A stretch of DNA of 64,000 bases. It comes from an uncultured Gemmatimonadaceae bacterium. Its GTDB lineage: Bacteria > Gemmatimonadota > Gemmatimonadetes > Gemmatimonadales > Gemmatimonadaceae. The position numbers were made by a program, and so were the translations under genes. Positions 19,913 through 31,110 of this stretch are shown piece after piece; within the stretch, counting starts at the first letter, position 1, and each line of letters begins with the position of its first letter. The DNA is taken from the NCBI GenBank assembly GCA_963817955.1, contig CAWFQK010000004.1, forward strand, positions 864,001 to 928,000, in the 5' to 3' direction. The notes below the pieces were generated by a model, which was given only the letters and a program-made list of their open reading frames with translations, was not told where the DNA came from and did no database searches.

Positions 19913-21367
19913 GTGCGCTCGCTCACCGCGTTGGCGCTCGTGCTCGCTGCCTGCTCGAGCAGCGACCGCTCCAATCCCGCTGCATCCCAAAAGGCGTCCT
20001 CGTCGTCCGCATCTCGCGGCCCGAACGCGCTCATGTTGCGGGTGCCGCAGAATGGCGGACTCGCGCGAGTCACGGACTATCCCAAGGTTGACTCCACTGT
20101 ATGGACCGCAACGGATGCGGCGCCGGCGCTGGAGCGCGTGCTCGCGTTCGACGATGATGGTGGGCTGATCGCCGCGGCGGACAGGCGCGGGCTCCCGTTG
20201 TGGATCGATCTCCGACTCGGCACCGTGACAATCCCCGGACGTGGACGGCTCCGCGGACTGATTTCAGTCGACGGGTCGTCCATCTACGGCGTTGGACTGG
20301 ACGGCGCCGTGGCGCGATTCACGCCATCCGAGAACTGGGTGTTCAAGCCCAAACGGCCGGCGCGCGCCGTCTATCCGCAGGCGAACGGCACGATCGTCGT
20401 GCTCGAGGGACGGGGCGCATCCACGCGCCTCGTCCGCCTTCATCCGCCGAATCCCGCCGTGACGGATTCGCTGGCCCTCACTGATGTCGAAAGCGGCACA
20501 CCGGCGCCATTCGGCGAACGTGTGTTGTTCGAGACGCCGAAACACGCGTTGATCGCGGTACAGGTGCGAACGATGGCGATGACCAAGCCGCAATCGCTCG
20601 ATCGCGACGCCATTGCCGTTGCCTCGACGCCGAGCGGCGACCGGTTTTACGTCCTCACAGATTCATCGAACACGCTCGATGTCGTCGACCCCTACCGGAA
20701 CCGGATCAGCGCGCGGGTAGCGTTGCCGGGACGCGGACGCGACCTACGGGTGGACCCGTTCGGCCGCTACGTCCTCGTGCGAGCCGCCGTCGGCGACTCC
20801 GTCTGGATCGTCAGTATCGGATCGGACCAGGTCGTCGGCGGCACGCGCTCGGCCTGGCGCGGCGATCTTCCATTCGTCGCACCAGATGGAGCGCTGGCCG
20901 TCGCCCACGGGCAGGACGTGGTATTCATCGATGCGACGTCAGGACGCGAGCGGCAGCGCGCGCGGGGCGGCGCAGCAGACTTCTGGTATGCCTTCATCTG
21001 GGACGGCTTCCGGCCGAGGGCGGCGGGACTCGACCAGCCGGCAAATTTCTCGCGCGATACGGATACGACGACGCAGGCGGTCCCGGCGCCATTGGAGTCC
21101 ACCACCGTCCGTCCGCCAGCACCCGCAGCCGATTCGGCCAAGGCAGGCTTCACCGTCTCGTTTGCGGTCGTGCTGAATGAAGCCCGGGCGCGCGAACAGG
21201 CGGCGAAGATCGTCGTCGACGGGCACGCCGCACGCGTCGTCACCAGCATGCCGGGCGGAACCACGGTCTATCGTATAGTGCTCGGCCCCTACCCCACGCG
21301 CGAGGAAGCGGAACGCGTTGGACGCGCGTCAGGTCAAACGTACTACGTCTACGCTGGTACACCGTGA
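19913..21367 (+). CDS. Lipoprotein with beta-propeller-like region and C-terminal SPOR domain
   Basis: LALVLAAC lipobox; C-terminal YRIVLGPYPTREEAE SPOR signature. Confidence 0.75.
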   Translation: MRSLTALALVLAACSSSDRSNPAASQKASSSSASRGPNALMLRVPQNGGLARVTDYPKVDSTVWTATDAAPALERVLAFDDDGGLIAAADRRGLPLWIDLRLGTVTIPGRGRLRGLISVDGSSIYGVGLDGAVARFTPSENWVFKPKRPARAVYPQANGTIVVLEGRGASTRLVRLHPPNPAVTDSLALTDVESGTPAPFGERVLFETPKHALIAVQVRTMAMTKPQSLDRDAIAVASTPSGDRFYVLTDSSNTLDVVDPYRNRISARVALPGRGRDLRVDPFGRYVLVRAAVGDSVWIVSIGSDQVVGGTRSAWRGDLPFVAPDGALAVAHGQDVVFIDATSGRERQRARGGAADFWYAFIWDGFRPRAAGLDQPANFSRDTDTTTQAVPAPLESTTVRPPAPAADSAKAGFTVSFAVVLNEARAREQAAKIVVDGHAARVVTSMPGGTTVYRIVLGPYPTREEAERVGRASGQTYYVYAGTP

Positions 21368-22701
21368 CGCCTCCGCACACACGACGCGGCTTCGATTGGG
21401 ACAGCGCTGGCCGGGAGTTGGGCGAAACGCTGGGCGCCTACAATGCGCTCGTCGTGATCGGCACCGACCCGGTGGCGACCGGTCGCGTCGCCGTAGCCAT
21501 CGGCCGCGCGCAGGCCGCAACGCGCCGCGCGGCCGTGGGCGACCTGTTCGCCGAATCGCCGCCCATTCAGGAGCTGGTCCAGACCGAAGATCCACACGGA
21601 CTCGTGGATTGCTTCCTCTACGGCGTGTCGATGAGCCGCATCGCGTACGAGGTCCCCGGCGCGGGTCAGCTCTTCGTCATGCCCAGCGGCACTGAGCCGC
21701 CTCCGTACGAAGAGATCCTGCCGAATCCGCGCTGGCATCGGCTCGCCGCTGGATTCCGCGAAGTGGGCGCCCTCCTCGTGCTCGCGGCCCCGGCGAGTGC
21801 ACCACACATCGAGGACTTGGTGAGCGCCACCGATGGCGCGATCCTGGTGGGCGATGCGGTCCCGCGCAAACTACCCGTCGCGCGGGTCATCGGCTCGGTG
21901 CGTGAGCCACGCCCAACCGATGCCGAGGGTGTGACGATCTTGCCGCCGGCCACGTCGGCCGCGGCGGCCGCGCCATCACGCTGGCCGCGAAAGCGCGTCG
22001 CGGCGATTGCTGGCGTGGTGCTCACGCTGGCACTCGCAGGCATCGGCGCGTGGTTGGCATATCGACCACTCGCTGAAACGGCGCGGCGTGTTGGCCCCAA
22101 ACCCGACACGGCAGCGGGCCTGAAAAAAGTGATCGCTGCGCAGCCCGATTCGAGCCCGCTCACGCCGGACACCGGGGCCGTCACGACGATCGCGGTGCCC
22201 CGCATCACCAATGTCGCGGACTCCGCCATTGCGTCCGCATTTGCCGTGGAACTCATGGCTGCGAATACGCAGGACGGTGCTATCTTCAAGCTGCAAAAAG
22301 ACGGAAAGAATCTTCCAGCCGCGACCTTCGCGCCAGTACTGATTCAGGGTGCCCGTTGGTACAAGGTGGTCACCGGCGCGTTCATCAACCGCACTGACGC
22401 GGACTCACTGCTCTCCGGGCTTCGGCGCCGAAAGGTGCTGGACGCCGGGAACGGGTCCGTAGTGCGCCTGCCGTTTGCCTTCCTGATCGACTCCGCGGTA
22501 CCGGCGGCGGCGGTGCCTGGAATGGTGGCGATGTACGCGGACCGGGGCCAACCGGTGTACGCGCTTCGCCAGCCGGGCGGGTCCGCCTGGCTGCTGGCTG
22601 GAGCCTTCGAGTCTGTCGAGCAGTCGTCATTGTACGCCGAATCGCTTCGTGCATCCGGGATCGCACCGGTGCTCGTGTATCGCAAGGGGAGATCGTTCTA
22701 G
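21364..22701 (+). CDS. Membrane protein with degenerate P-loop-like N-terminus and SPOR-like C-terminus
   Basis: Central TM helix; WYKVVTGAFINRTDA and LLAGAFES SPOR-like segments. Confidence 0.65.
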   Translation: MTPPHTRRGFDWDSAGRELGETLGAYNALVVIGTDPVATGRVAVAIGRAQAATRRAAVGDLFAESPPIQELVQTEDPHGLVDCFLYGVSMSRIAYEVPGAGQLFVMPSGTEPPPYEEILPNPRWHRLAAGFREVGALLVLAAPASAPHIEDLVSATDGAILVGDAVPRKLPVARVIGSVREPRPTDAEGVTILPPATSAAAAAPSRWPRKRVAAIAGVVLTLALAGIGAWLAYRPLAETARRVGPKPDTAAGLKKVIAAQPDSSPLTPDTGAVTTIAVPRITNVADSAIASAFAVELMAANTQDGAIFKLQKDGKNLPAATFAPVLIQGARWYKVVTGAFINRTDADSLLSGLRRRKVLDAGNGSVVRLPFAFLIDSAVPAAAVPGMVAMYADRGQPVYALRQPGGSAWLLAGAFESVEQSSLYAESLRASGIAPVLVYRKGRSF

Positions 22702-25700
22702 TGCGGCTGACCAAGCTCGAGATGCAGGGCTTCAAATCGTTCGCGGATTCCACGGACATGCTGTTCAATCCGGGAGTGACCGCGATCGTTGGACCAAATG
22801 GCTGCGGCAAGTCGAACGTGTCCGACGCCGTGCGTTGGGTGCTCGGCGAGCAACGCGCGCGCCTCATGCGCGGTCTGAAGATGGAAGAGGTCATCTTTCA
22901 GGGTTCAACAGCACGGCGGCCGGTCAACGTGGCCGAGGTCTCGTTGCACTTCTCGAACGAGGACGGTGCGCTACCTGTCGCATTTCAGGAAGTCGTCATT
23001 ACCCGGCGGTTGTCGCGTTCAGGGGAGAGCGACTATTTCCTGAACCACGCCCCCTGCCGTTTGCGCGACATCTCGGACCTCCTGCGCGGCACTGGCCTTG
23101 GCGCCGGTACCGGCGTGGTCATCGAAAGCAAGATGATCGACGCGCTGCTCTCCGAGCGCCCAGACGACCGTCGGGAGCTGTTCGAGGAAGCGGCCGGCGT
23201 CGGCCTCTATCGCGACCGTCGCCGCACCACGGAGCGCCGTCTCGAGGAGACGGCGGTGGACCTCCAGCGACTGGACGACCTGATCACCGAAGTGCAGAGC
23301 CAGGTCCGCTCGCTCGCGCGGCAGCGCAAGCGCGCCGAGCGATATGCGGAGCTCATGGGTCGTCGCTTCACGGTCGAGATCGCGCTCGCCAAGCGCGAGA
23401 TGGAAGCGTGGCATGCGGAGTTGCAGCGCCTCGACGGCCGCGTCCGCGAGTTGCGCGAGGCCGCGCCCGGTGCCGAGGAGTCCGTACTCGCGGCGGAGCA
23501 GGCGCGCGATGTGGCGCATGGAACGCGCGCCGCTGCGGAAGCACAGCGCACCGAGTTGTTGCGACTCGTTTCCCATCAGCGCGAACAGCTCCATCAGATT
23601 CGCGGCGAGATGGCGGTGGCGGAGGAGCGGCAGCGCAACGCGCTCGCTCGCCGCCAGCGCGCCGAGTCCGAAGCGCACGAAGGTGAAGCGTACGACGTTC
23701 GGATCTCCACCGATCGCGAGCAGGCAGTTGCCGAACGTGCGCAATTCGAGCAGGAGCTCCTGCGCGCCCGCGAAACCCTCTCCCAGTGCCAGCGCGAAGA
23801 AGACGAGACGCGTCAGGGGGTAACGCAGATGCGCGCGGCGCTCGACGAAGCCGAACGTCACCGCCGCGAGCTGCAGGATCGATCGCGGCGCGTAGAGATG
23901 GACCGCGAGCGTGCTCGCCGCGAGAGCGACGAGCTGACGCTGCGGCTGGACCAGCTATCGCTGGAGCGGACGCAGCTCGCCGACGCGCTGACAACGACCG
24001 ATCGGGAGCTCGAGACCGCGGCAGTCGCGATCGAAGAAGCCCGCATACGTTCCGGCGAGGCGGCGATCACTCTCGAGGAAGCACGCGTCGTCGATCGCGA
24101 TACCCGTGAGCGCGAGGCGACCGCCCGCGCCGAGTTGTTCCGCGCCGACGAAGCGCACACGTCGCTCCAGGGCAAGGTCAATGCACTCGATACCCTGGAG
24201 CGCGAGCGCGTCGGCCTCGCGCCCGCCGCGGCGCGTCTGCTGCGCGAACGGGATCGGTTCGGCGACGGTGCGCTGCTCGGACCACTCTCGGATTTCATCA
24301 GCGCCGACCAGAGCTCGGCGTTGCTCGTCGAGCGTTTTCTCGGAGCGACGGTGCACGCCGTGCTGGTGCGCGACCGCGACGTGGCCGAAGCCGTTCGCGT
24401 ATGGCACGCGGACGCGAACCCCGGGCCGTTGCTCTTGCTGCCGCTCGACGCATTGGACGACGAGCAGGTAGCCGGCATGCTGACCGATGCGCTGTCGCAT
24501 CGAGTCGACGCCACGGGTCCGGGCCGCGCGTGGGTGCGCGCATTACTCGGTCACGCACACGCCGTATCCGATGGCACGGCGTTCATCGATGCCCGTGGCG
24601 CCGTGTGGCTGCCGGGCAGCACGTCGGGCCCCGGACCGCTGCGTCGTCGCGCCGAGTTGATCGCGCTGCGCGACGAGCTCGAGGCCACCGAACAGGTGCG
24701 CCAACAAGCCATGACCGCCGCCGATACGTTGCGCGCGGCGATGCTCGAATCGGAGCGCCGCGTGTTGGACGCCTCCGGCGCGCTCGAGGCGGCGCAGGTA
24801 GATGCGCGCCGCGCCGCAGAGCAACAGGGGGAGCTGGCGCGACGGCAGCAGCGTGCACGCCGCGAGGTACAGGAAGCCGACGCGCTGGCCGAACGTCTGA
24901 CTACGCGCCGAGACGAGCTCGTGGAGCAGCTCGCGCGTCTCGATGACGAAAGCGGGTCGCTCGCGGATCTTCTCATCGCGCGCAACGAGGATGCATCCCG
25001 CGCGCGCGAAGAGCTGACGATCGCCGAGCGTGCGCAGGAAGAGTCGCGCGAAGCGCGCACGGTCGCTCAGGTGGAGGCAGCGCAGGCGCAGGCGCGTGTG
25101 CAGGTGGCCCACGACCGCGAGCGGCGGCTGGCGCAGGAGCACCAGTCGGCAGCCGCACGCCTCGACGCATTGCGTGCGGAGCTATCCGATCTGTCCCAGG
25201 CCGATTCAGCCCTCGCCGAGCAGATGGCGATGTGGCAGATGGACCTCGAAACGCGCGAGGCAACGCTGGCCGACGGCGCGGCACGGTTGGAGAGCGCCGA
25301 GAGCGCGGTGAGCGCGGCGGACGAAGCGCTGACCACCATCGAACACGCGCTCGACGAAACCCGTCGTTCGGCGCAATCGCACAGCGACGAGCTGCATCAC
25401 GCCGAGCTACGGCACACCGAGCTTGGCGGCCGGCGCACGGCAATTCGCGAGCGTCTGGAGGCCGAATGGCGCCGCCCGCTCGACGACATGTTCGCCGAAG
25501 CGCAACCGGTGGACCTCGACGACGACTCGCTACGCGCGGAAACCGAAGGCCTGCGGCAGGAGCTGGAGCGTCTCGGTCCGGTGAACGTGCTGGCGATCGA
25601 GGAGCATGAGGAACAACTCAAACGCCAGGACTTCCTCACCGGCCAGCGTGCCGATCTCGCCGACGCCAAACAGCAGTTGCTGCAGGCGATTCGCGAGATC

Positions 25701-26231
25701 GACAGCACGGCGCGCGAGCTGTTCCTGGCGACATTCAAGCAGGTGCGCGAGAACTTTCGCCAGATCTTCATGTCGCTGTTCGGCGGCGGCGAGTGCGATC
25801 TGCGACTCGAGAATCCCGACGTGCCCCTGGATTGCGACATCGAGATCCATGCGTCGCCGCGCGGCAAGCGCACGCAGCGCATCAATTTGTTGTCGAGCGG
25901 CGAGCGCGCGCTCGTCGCGCTGTCGCTCATGTTCGGCATCTTTCTCACCAAGCCGAGCCCGTTCTGTCTGCTCGACGAGGTGGACGCGCCGCTCGACGAC
26001 GCGAACGTTGGCCGGTTCGTGCGCATGCTCACACAATTCAAGACGCGGACACAGTTCATCGTCATCACGCACAACCCGCGCACCACGACCGAAGCAGCCG
26101 ACGCCGTCTACGGCGTCACGATGCAGGAGCCCGGCGTGTCGTCGCTCGTCAGCGTGCGGATGCGCGGATCGGCGGTCGACGAAGCGATGGCCAGCGCAGC
26201 GATCAACGGCGCGGTCGCAACGCCGGTATGA
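22701..26231 (+). CDS. smc: Chromosome segregation protein SMC
   Basis: GFKSF, Walker A GPNGCGKSN, long coiled coils with hinge, LGPVN, LSSGE, LLDEVDAPLD, ITH. Confidence 0.97.
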   Translation: MRLTKLEMQGFKSFADSTDMLFNPGVTAIVGPNGCGKSNVSDAVRWVLGEQRARLMRGLKMEEVIFQGSTARRPVNVAEVSLHFSNEDGALPVAFQEVVITRRLSRSGESDYFLNHAPCRLRDISDLLRGTGLGAGTGVVIESKMIDALLSERPDDRRELFEEAAGVGLYRDRRRTTERRLEETAVDLQRLDDLITEVQSQVRSLARQRKRAERYAELMGRRFTVEIALAKREMEAWHAELQRLDGRVRELREAAPGAEESVLAAEQARDVAHGTRAAAEAQRTELLRLVSHQREQLHQIRGEMAVAEERQRNALARRQRAESEAHEGEAYDVRISTDREQAVAERAQFEQELLRARETLSQCQREEDETRQGVTQMRAALDEAERHRRELQDRSRRVEMDRERARRESDELTLRLDQLSLERTQLADALTTTDRELETAAVAIEEARIRSGEAAITLEEARVVDRDTREREATARAELFRADEAHTSLQGKVNALDTLERERVGLAPAAARLLRERDRFGDGALLGPLSDFISADQSSALLVERFLGATVHAVLVRDRDVAEAVRVWHADANPGPLLLLPLDALDDEQVAGMLTDALSHRVDATGPGRAWVRALLGHAHAVSDGTAFIDARGAVWLPGSTSGPGPLRRRAELIALRDELEATEQVRQQAMTAADTLRAAMLESERRVLDASGALEAAQVDARRAAEQQGELARRQQRARREVQEADALAERLTTRRDELVEQLARLDDESGSLADLLIARNEDASRAREELTIAERAQEESREARTVAQVEAAQAQARVQVAHDRERRLAQEHQSAAARLDALRAELSDLSQADSALAEQMAMWQMDLETREATLADGAARLESAESAVSAADEALTTIEHALDETRRSAQSHSDELHHAELRHTELGGRRTAIRERLEAEWRRPLDDMFAEAQPVDLDDDSLRAETEGLRQELERLGPVNVLAIEEHEEQLKRQDFLTGQRADLADAKQQLLQAIREIDSTARELFLATFKQVRENFRQIFMSLFGGGECDLRLENPDVPLDCDIEIHASPRGKRTQRINLLSSGERALVALSLMFGIFLTKPSPFCLLDEVDAPLDDANVGRFVRMLTQFKTRTQFIVITHNPRTTTEAADAVYGVTMQEPGVSSLVSVRMRGSAVDEAMASAAINGAVATPV

Positions 26232-26322
26232 ATCGCAGGGGCCGCGCCGCGGCGTACCGCGCCGGCCTCACGGTGGATTCGCTCATGCAGGCGCAGTCGA
26301 GCCTGAGCCTGTCCACCTGACT

Positions 26323-27090
26323 GTGCGGCTCACCGCCCTCGGCACCGGTACGATCGCGTTGTCACCGCAGCGGAGCTGCGCCGGCTATTTCCTGGAGACG
26401 GAGCACACGCGGCTGCTGATGGACTGCGGCAGCGGCATCACGCGACGGATGGCCGAGTTGGGACTCGGATGGCAGGCAATCTCCCATGTCGCGCTGACGC
26501 ACTTTCACATCGACCACCATGGTGACCTGCCCTCGCTCATCTTCGCCTGGAAGTATGGGTTTCTTCCGCCGCGGACAGCGCCGGTGGAGATCATTGGCCC
26601 GGTGGGCACGGCCGCGCTTCTGGCGCGGCTCGCGGACGCCTATGGCGATTGGGTTTCGGCACCAGGGTTCCCGCTCACCGTGCGCGAGATCAGCCCGGCG
26701 GAGGTTCTCGACTTGCCCGGCGCGGTGCGCCTGAGTTGCCACGCAGTTCCCCATACGCCCGAGAGTGTGGCATATTCCTTGGAACGCGGCGCGCACCGGA
26801 TCGTCTATACTGGCGACACCGGACCGTCCGACGCACTCGCCCAGTGGGCGCACGGCTGCGACCTCCTCATTTGTGAATGTTCGTTGCCGGCGCAGATGCA
26901 GATTCCCGTGCACCTGACCCCCGAGCAGTGCGGCGAACTCGCCGCGGCCGCTGCGCCAAAGCATCTGGCGTTGACCCACTTCTACCCACCGGTCGAGAAG
27001 ATTGACATTCGAGCGCTGGTCAGCGCCCGATATGCTGGTCCAGTCACGCTGGCGCACGACGGGTGGCACTTCGAGATCGAGGACGAGTAA
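26323..27090 (+). CDS. MBL-fold metallo-hydrolase (RNase Z-like)
   Basis: [34 protein letters not shown]. Confidence 0.88.
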   Translation: MRLTALGTGTIALSPQRSCAGYFLETEHTRLLMDCGSGITRRMAELGLGWQAISHVALTHFHIDHHGDLPSLIFAWKYGFLPPRTAPVEIIGPVGTAALLARLADAYGDWVSAPGFPLTVREISPAEVLDLPGAVRLSCHAVPHTPESVAYSLERGAHRIVYTGDTGPSDALAQWAHGCDLLICECSLPAQMQIPVHLTPEQCGELAAAAAPKHLALTHFYPPVEKIDIRALVSARYAGPVTLAHDGWHFEIEDE

Positions 27091-28142
27091 TGCTGGTGGT
27101 CATGGAAAATCACGCGACGCAGGAGCAGGTCGACCGTGTCGTGAAGACGATAGAAGAAATGGGCTACGCCGCGCTCCCCATGCCCGGGGAAACGCGTACG
27201 ACCGTGGGGCTCATCGGTAACGATGGCCGCGTGGACGGCTCCCGCATCGAGTCACTGGCGGGCGTGGCAGAAGTGATCCACGTGAGTAAGCCGTACAAGC
27301 AGGTCTCGCGTGAATGGAAGGACGAGAACACGATCGTGACCATCGCCCCCGGCGTGTCGTTCGGCGGCTCGGACATCGTGATCATCGCGGGACCATGCTC
27401 GGTGGAGTCGGAGGCGCAAATTCTCGCCACCGCCCACGCGGTGCGGGCCGCCGGCGCCACGGCGCTTCGCGGCGGTGCATTCAAGCCCCGCAGCTCTCCC
27501 TATTCCTTTCAAGGACTCGGCAAGCCCGGCCTGGAGATGCTTGCCCTCGCGCGTCAGGAGACCGGCCTGCCCATCGTGACCGAAGCGCTGGACGAAGAGG
27601 GCGCGCACATTGTCGCCGAATATGCGGACATGCTCCAGATCGGCGCGCGCAACATGCAAAATTATTCGCTGCTGCGCGCCGTCGGGAAGATCGGAAAGCC
27701 GGTGCTCCTGAAGCGCGGCATGGCAGCCACGATCACTGACCTGCTCATGAGCGCCGAGTACATTCTGGCTGAGGGCAACGGCCAGGTCGTGCTGTGCGAA
27801 CGAGGGATTCGCAGCTTCGACACCCTCGCACGCAACCTGTTCGACCTCACCGCCATCCCGATCGTTCAGCGATTGTCCCACCTGCCAATGATCGCCGATC
27901 CAAGCCACGGAACCGGGCTCCGCGACAAGGTCATCCCAATGGGCCGCGCCGCGGTTGCGGCAGGCGCCGATGGCGTGATCGTCGAGGTCCATCCGACACC
28001 GGATCGCGCGCTGTCGGACGGCGGACAGTCGCTCTATCCGGATCAGTTTGCTCGCTTGGTCACTGAACTGCGCGCCATCACGAACGCGATCGGCCGATCG
28101 GTGGCGGCGATGCCGGGAACGGCCCGCGCCGAAGGCGTGTAG
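27090..28142 (+). CDS. aroF: DAHP synthase, class I-beta with N-terminal ACT-like domain
   Basis: [48 protein letters not shown]. Confidence 0.95.
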   Translation: MLVVMENHATQEQVDRVVKTIEEMGYAALPMPGETRTTVGLIGNDGRVDGSRIESLAGVAEVIHVSKPYKQVSREWKDENTIVTIAPGVSFGGSDIVIIAGPCSVESEAQILATAHAVRAAGATALRGGAFKPRSSPYSFQGLGKPGLEMLALARQETGLPIVTEALDEEGAHIVAEYADMLQIGARNMQNYSLLRAVGKIGKPVLLKRGMAATITDLLMSAEYILAEGNGQVVLCERGIRSFDTLARNLFDLTAIPIVQRLSHLPMIADPSHGTGLRDKVIPMGRAAVAAGADGVIVEVHPTPDRALSDGGQSLYPDQFARLVTELRAITNAIGRSVAAMPGTARAEGV

Positions 28143-28150
28143 CACCTGCC

Positions 28151-28804
28151 ATGCGACTCACAACGTTCGTAGCACTCGTCGGATTGGCAGCCCCGCTCGC
28201 CGCCCAATCCACTGATGCCATCGACCGCGCCGTAGCGGCCTGGTCGAAAGTGAAAACGGTTCGCGGCACGTTCGAGCAGACCGTCACCAACGCGCTGACG
28301 GGATCCACCGCCAGCGCGCGCGGAGAGTACATGCAGGAACGTCCGAATCGGCTCGCGATCCGGTTCTCGGCGCCGTTGTCCGACGCGATCGTCGCCGATG
28401 GCAATGCGGTCTGGGTCTACCTGCCGAGCAGCACGCCGGGGCAGGTGATCAAGCGTCCAGCCACGGATCGCGCCGCTGTGCCGATCGATCTGACGGGCCA
28501 GTTCCTCGACGCGCCACGAGAGAAGTACCAGATCACCGCGGCAGGCGCCAAGACTGTAGACGGCCACGTAGCACATGCGTTCACGCTCGTGCCAAAGAAG
28601 GGCGTCACCAGCCCCTTCAGCAAGGCGACCGTTTGGATCGACGATGACGATGCGCTCATCCGCGAATTCGAAGAGACAGAATCGGCGGGCGTCACACGCC
28701 ACATCCATCTTACTTCGGTCGAAACGAACACGGTCATCCCACGGAGTGCGTTTGCCTTCACCATCCCGAAGGGCGTGAAGGTGGTCGATCAGTCTAAGCC
28801 CTGA
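28151..28804 (+). CDS. lolA: Outer-membrane lipoprotein carrier protein LolA
   Basis: Signal peptide, GTFEQ, RPNR, IVADGNAVWVY, FAFTIPKGV. Confidence 0.85.
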   Translation: MRLTTFVALVGLAAPLAAQSTDAIDRAVAAWSKVKTVRGTFEQTVTNALTGSTASARGEYMQERPNRLAIRFSAPLSDAIVADGNAVWVYLPSSTPGQVIKRPATDRAAVPIDLTGQFLDAPREKYQITAAGAKTVDGHVAHAFTLVPKKGVTSPFSKATVWIDDDDALIREFEETESAGVTRHIHLTSVETNTVIPRSAFAFTIPKGVKVVDQSKP

Positions 28805-28827
28805 CCACTCGACCCGGCCTCGAGCGA

Positions 28828-30420
28828 TCAGGGATTCGTCGCCTTGGGCACGGCGGCCGCACGCTGGAATAACGCCTGCTCCGTCGTTGCCCCGGCCATG
28901 AGCCGGAGCGTGCTGCCGATGGCTGGGTCATCGTGCAGCCGGCGAGTGTACTCCGCGGCTTCGCCGAAGACATACCGTGTCACGTCGTACGCCAGCAGTC
29001 GGTCGACGAGTGGGGCCGCGGCGGCGTACGTCGTATCATCCAACACGATTCCACGCGCCCGCATGCGCCGCAGCAGCTCGACCCGCATCTGCGGGGAGAC
29101 AGTGAAATCGGGCGACGAAATGGTATGTGCCGCTTTCAGTGACAGCGCGTAGTCGGTGAGCGCGTCGCGAAACTGCGGCACATGGGTGCCAAGGGCGCTC
29201 TGAAAAACACTGTCGCGGCGCGCCGAACGGTCGCGAGGCAGGACGACGTCGGGCGTGATCCCGCCGCCGCCGAGCACCGTGCGACCCGCGTCGGTCTTGT
29301 AGGCCGGCCGCGCCCGGGTGGTATCAACCAGCACGCTGTCCTCGTCCTCGCCAACGCGCTTGCGGTTGATGCTGCGCCCCGACGGCGTGTACCACAGAGC
29401 GGTCGTCAGCTTCACCGCCCCGCCGTTCGGTAACGCGAACAGGTTCTGAGCGCTGCCCTTTCCATACGTCGTGGTCCCGACGAGGACGGCGCGATCGTGG
29501 TCCTGCAGGGCGCCGGCAACGATTTCAGCAGCGCTGGCGCTGTTGCTGTCCACGAGCGCCACCACCGGGAGGCCGGGCCAGAGCTGTGGCCGCTGATCGT
29601 CATACTCGCGGGTGGCGTCCGGCGTGCGGCCACGCATGACTACGATCCGCTGCTTTGGTTCGAGGAAGAGCTCGGCTACGGCCACGCCCTGGTCGAGCAA
29701 TCCGCCGGGATCGCCGCGCAGATCGAAGATGAGAGACGTCATTCCCGCCGCGCGGAGCGAATCGATGGCGCGCCGCAGATCGGGTGCAGACTCTTCGCTG
29801 AAGATCGTCAATGCCACGTAGCCGACGCCATCGCGCAGCAGGGCCGCATGCTGTACCGAGCGCACGCGGATTTCGCGCCGGGTGAGTGCGAACTCGAGCG
29901 GAGCTGTCACGCCGGGCCGATCGATGGTGAGGCGCACCACTGAGCCTGGCGGACCACGCAGCGCTTTCTGCGCTTCGTCGGTCTTGACGTCGTGCATCGG
30001 CTTGCCGTCCACCTTGACGATGCGATCGCCCGTCTGGATGCCCGCGGCCAATGCCGGGCCACCGGGCATTGGAGCGACGATCGTGACCCAGCCGTCGCGC
30101 ACATCGATCTGCGCGCCGACGCCGGCGTAGCGCCCGCTCGTTTGCTCCGCCAACCTCGCCAGAAGCTGAGGCGAGAGGTACTCGCTGTGTGGATCATGAA
30201 GCTCGCTCACGAGGCCGTCAACGGCCCGCGTATACAGCGCCGAGTCGGCGAGCGTATCGACATACTCGTTCGCGATGTGCTGCAGCACCTGGTCGAACAT
30301 ACGCGCTCGGTCACCGGAGCCGTGCAGCTCCGATCCCAACAACCCGCGCTGTAACAGGAGACCGCCCGAGATCAGCGCTCCGCTCAACAGCACGCCAGCG
30401 AACATCCCGCGTGACCGCAT
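28828..30420 (-). CDS. ctpA: S41 family C-terminal processing peptidase
   Basis: DPHSEY, PDZ domain, DLRGDPGG, SASAAEIVAGALQD, TYGKGSAQ, YTPSGRSI. Confidence 0.92.
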   Translation of the reverse strand: MRSRGMFAGVLLSGALISGGLLLQRGLLGSELHGSGDRARMFDQVLQHIANEYVDTLADSALYTRAVDGLVSELHDPHSEYLSPQLLARLAEQTSGRYAGVGAQIDVRDGWVTIVAPMPGGPALAAGIQTGDRIVKVDGKPMHDVKTDEAQKALRGPPGSVVRLTIDRPGVTAPLEFALTRREIRVRSVQHAALLRDGVGYVALTIFSEESAPDLRRAIDSLRAAGMTSLIFDLRGDPGGLLDQGVAVAELFLEPKQRIVVMRGRTPDATREYDDQRPQLWPGLPVVALVDSNSASAAEIVAGALQDHDRAVLVGTTTYGKGSAQNLFALPNGGAVKLTTALWYTPSGRSINRKRVGEDEDSVLVDTTRARPAYKTDAGRTVLGGGGITPDVVLPRDRSARRDSVFQSALGTHVPQFRDALTDYALSLKAAHTISSPDFTVSPQMRVELLRRMRARGIVLDDTTYAAAAPLVDRLLAYDVTRYVFGEAAEYTRRLHDDPAIGSTLRLMAGATTEQALFQRAAAVPKATNP

Positions 30421-30435
30421 TGTCGTCGTCGAAAG

Positions 30436-31104
30436 TTAGGCTGACGCGCAAGCAGGGAAAGTTTCAGGCCAGTGCGCGCGCAGCACGCGCAGCACGCCAT
30501 CGAACACCGTTGCTTCGTCTCCGCCGGCGTCCACGAGCACGATCGGGCCACATTCGCTGTGCGCTTGCTGCCACGCACTGGTCGCGAATCGCTCGAACGC
30601 ACGTGCAACGCGCTCGTGAAAGGCCAATGCCGCCTGCTCCATTCGGTCGTGGGCACCTCGGCGAGCCGCGCGCGCGAGCCCCTCTTCTACCCCGAGTGTG
30701 AGCAGGAGTGTCAGATCGGGCACCAGTCCAGTCGTCGCCATGCGGTTGGCCACACGCAGCTCTTCCTCCGGCAATCCGCGGCCGTCGCCTTGATACGCAT
30801 AGGTGGACAGGAAGAACCGGTCGACCAACACGACGGCTCCAGCGTCGAGCGCCGGCCGGATTTCCCGCTCGACGAGCTGCGCTCGCGATGCCATGAACAG
30901 GAGCGCCTCGGTGCGCGGCACGATGTCCGACGCCGGATCGAGCAGCAAACGGCGGATCTCGTCGCCGACGACCGTACCGCCAGGCTCACGCACCGCGACC
31001 ACGTCGCGCCCGCGCGCGCCAATCCAGTCCGCGAGCCGGCGAAGTTGCGTGCTCTTCCCGGCGCCCTCCGCCCCCTCGAAGACGATGAGCAGGCCCCGCG
31101 ACAT
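30436..31104 (-). CDS. tmk: Thymidylate kinase
   Basis: FEGAEGAGKSTQ, REPGGT, DRFFLSTYAYQG. Confidence 0.96.
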   Translation of the reverse strand: MSRGLLIVFEGAEGAGKSTQLRRLADWIGARGRDVVAVREPGGTVVGDEIRRLLLDPASDIVPRTEALLFMASRAQLVEREIRPALDAGAVVLVDRFFLSTYAYQGDGRGLPEEELRVANRMATTGLVPDLTLLLTLGVEEGLARAARRGAHDRMEQAALAFHERVARAFERFATSAWQQAHSECGPIVLVDAGGDEATVFDGVLRVLRAHWPETFPACASA

Positions 31105-31110
31105 CGCCGA

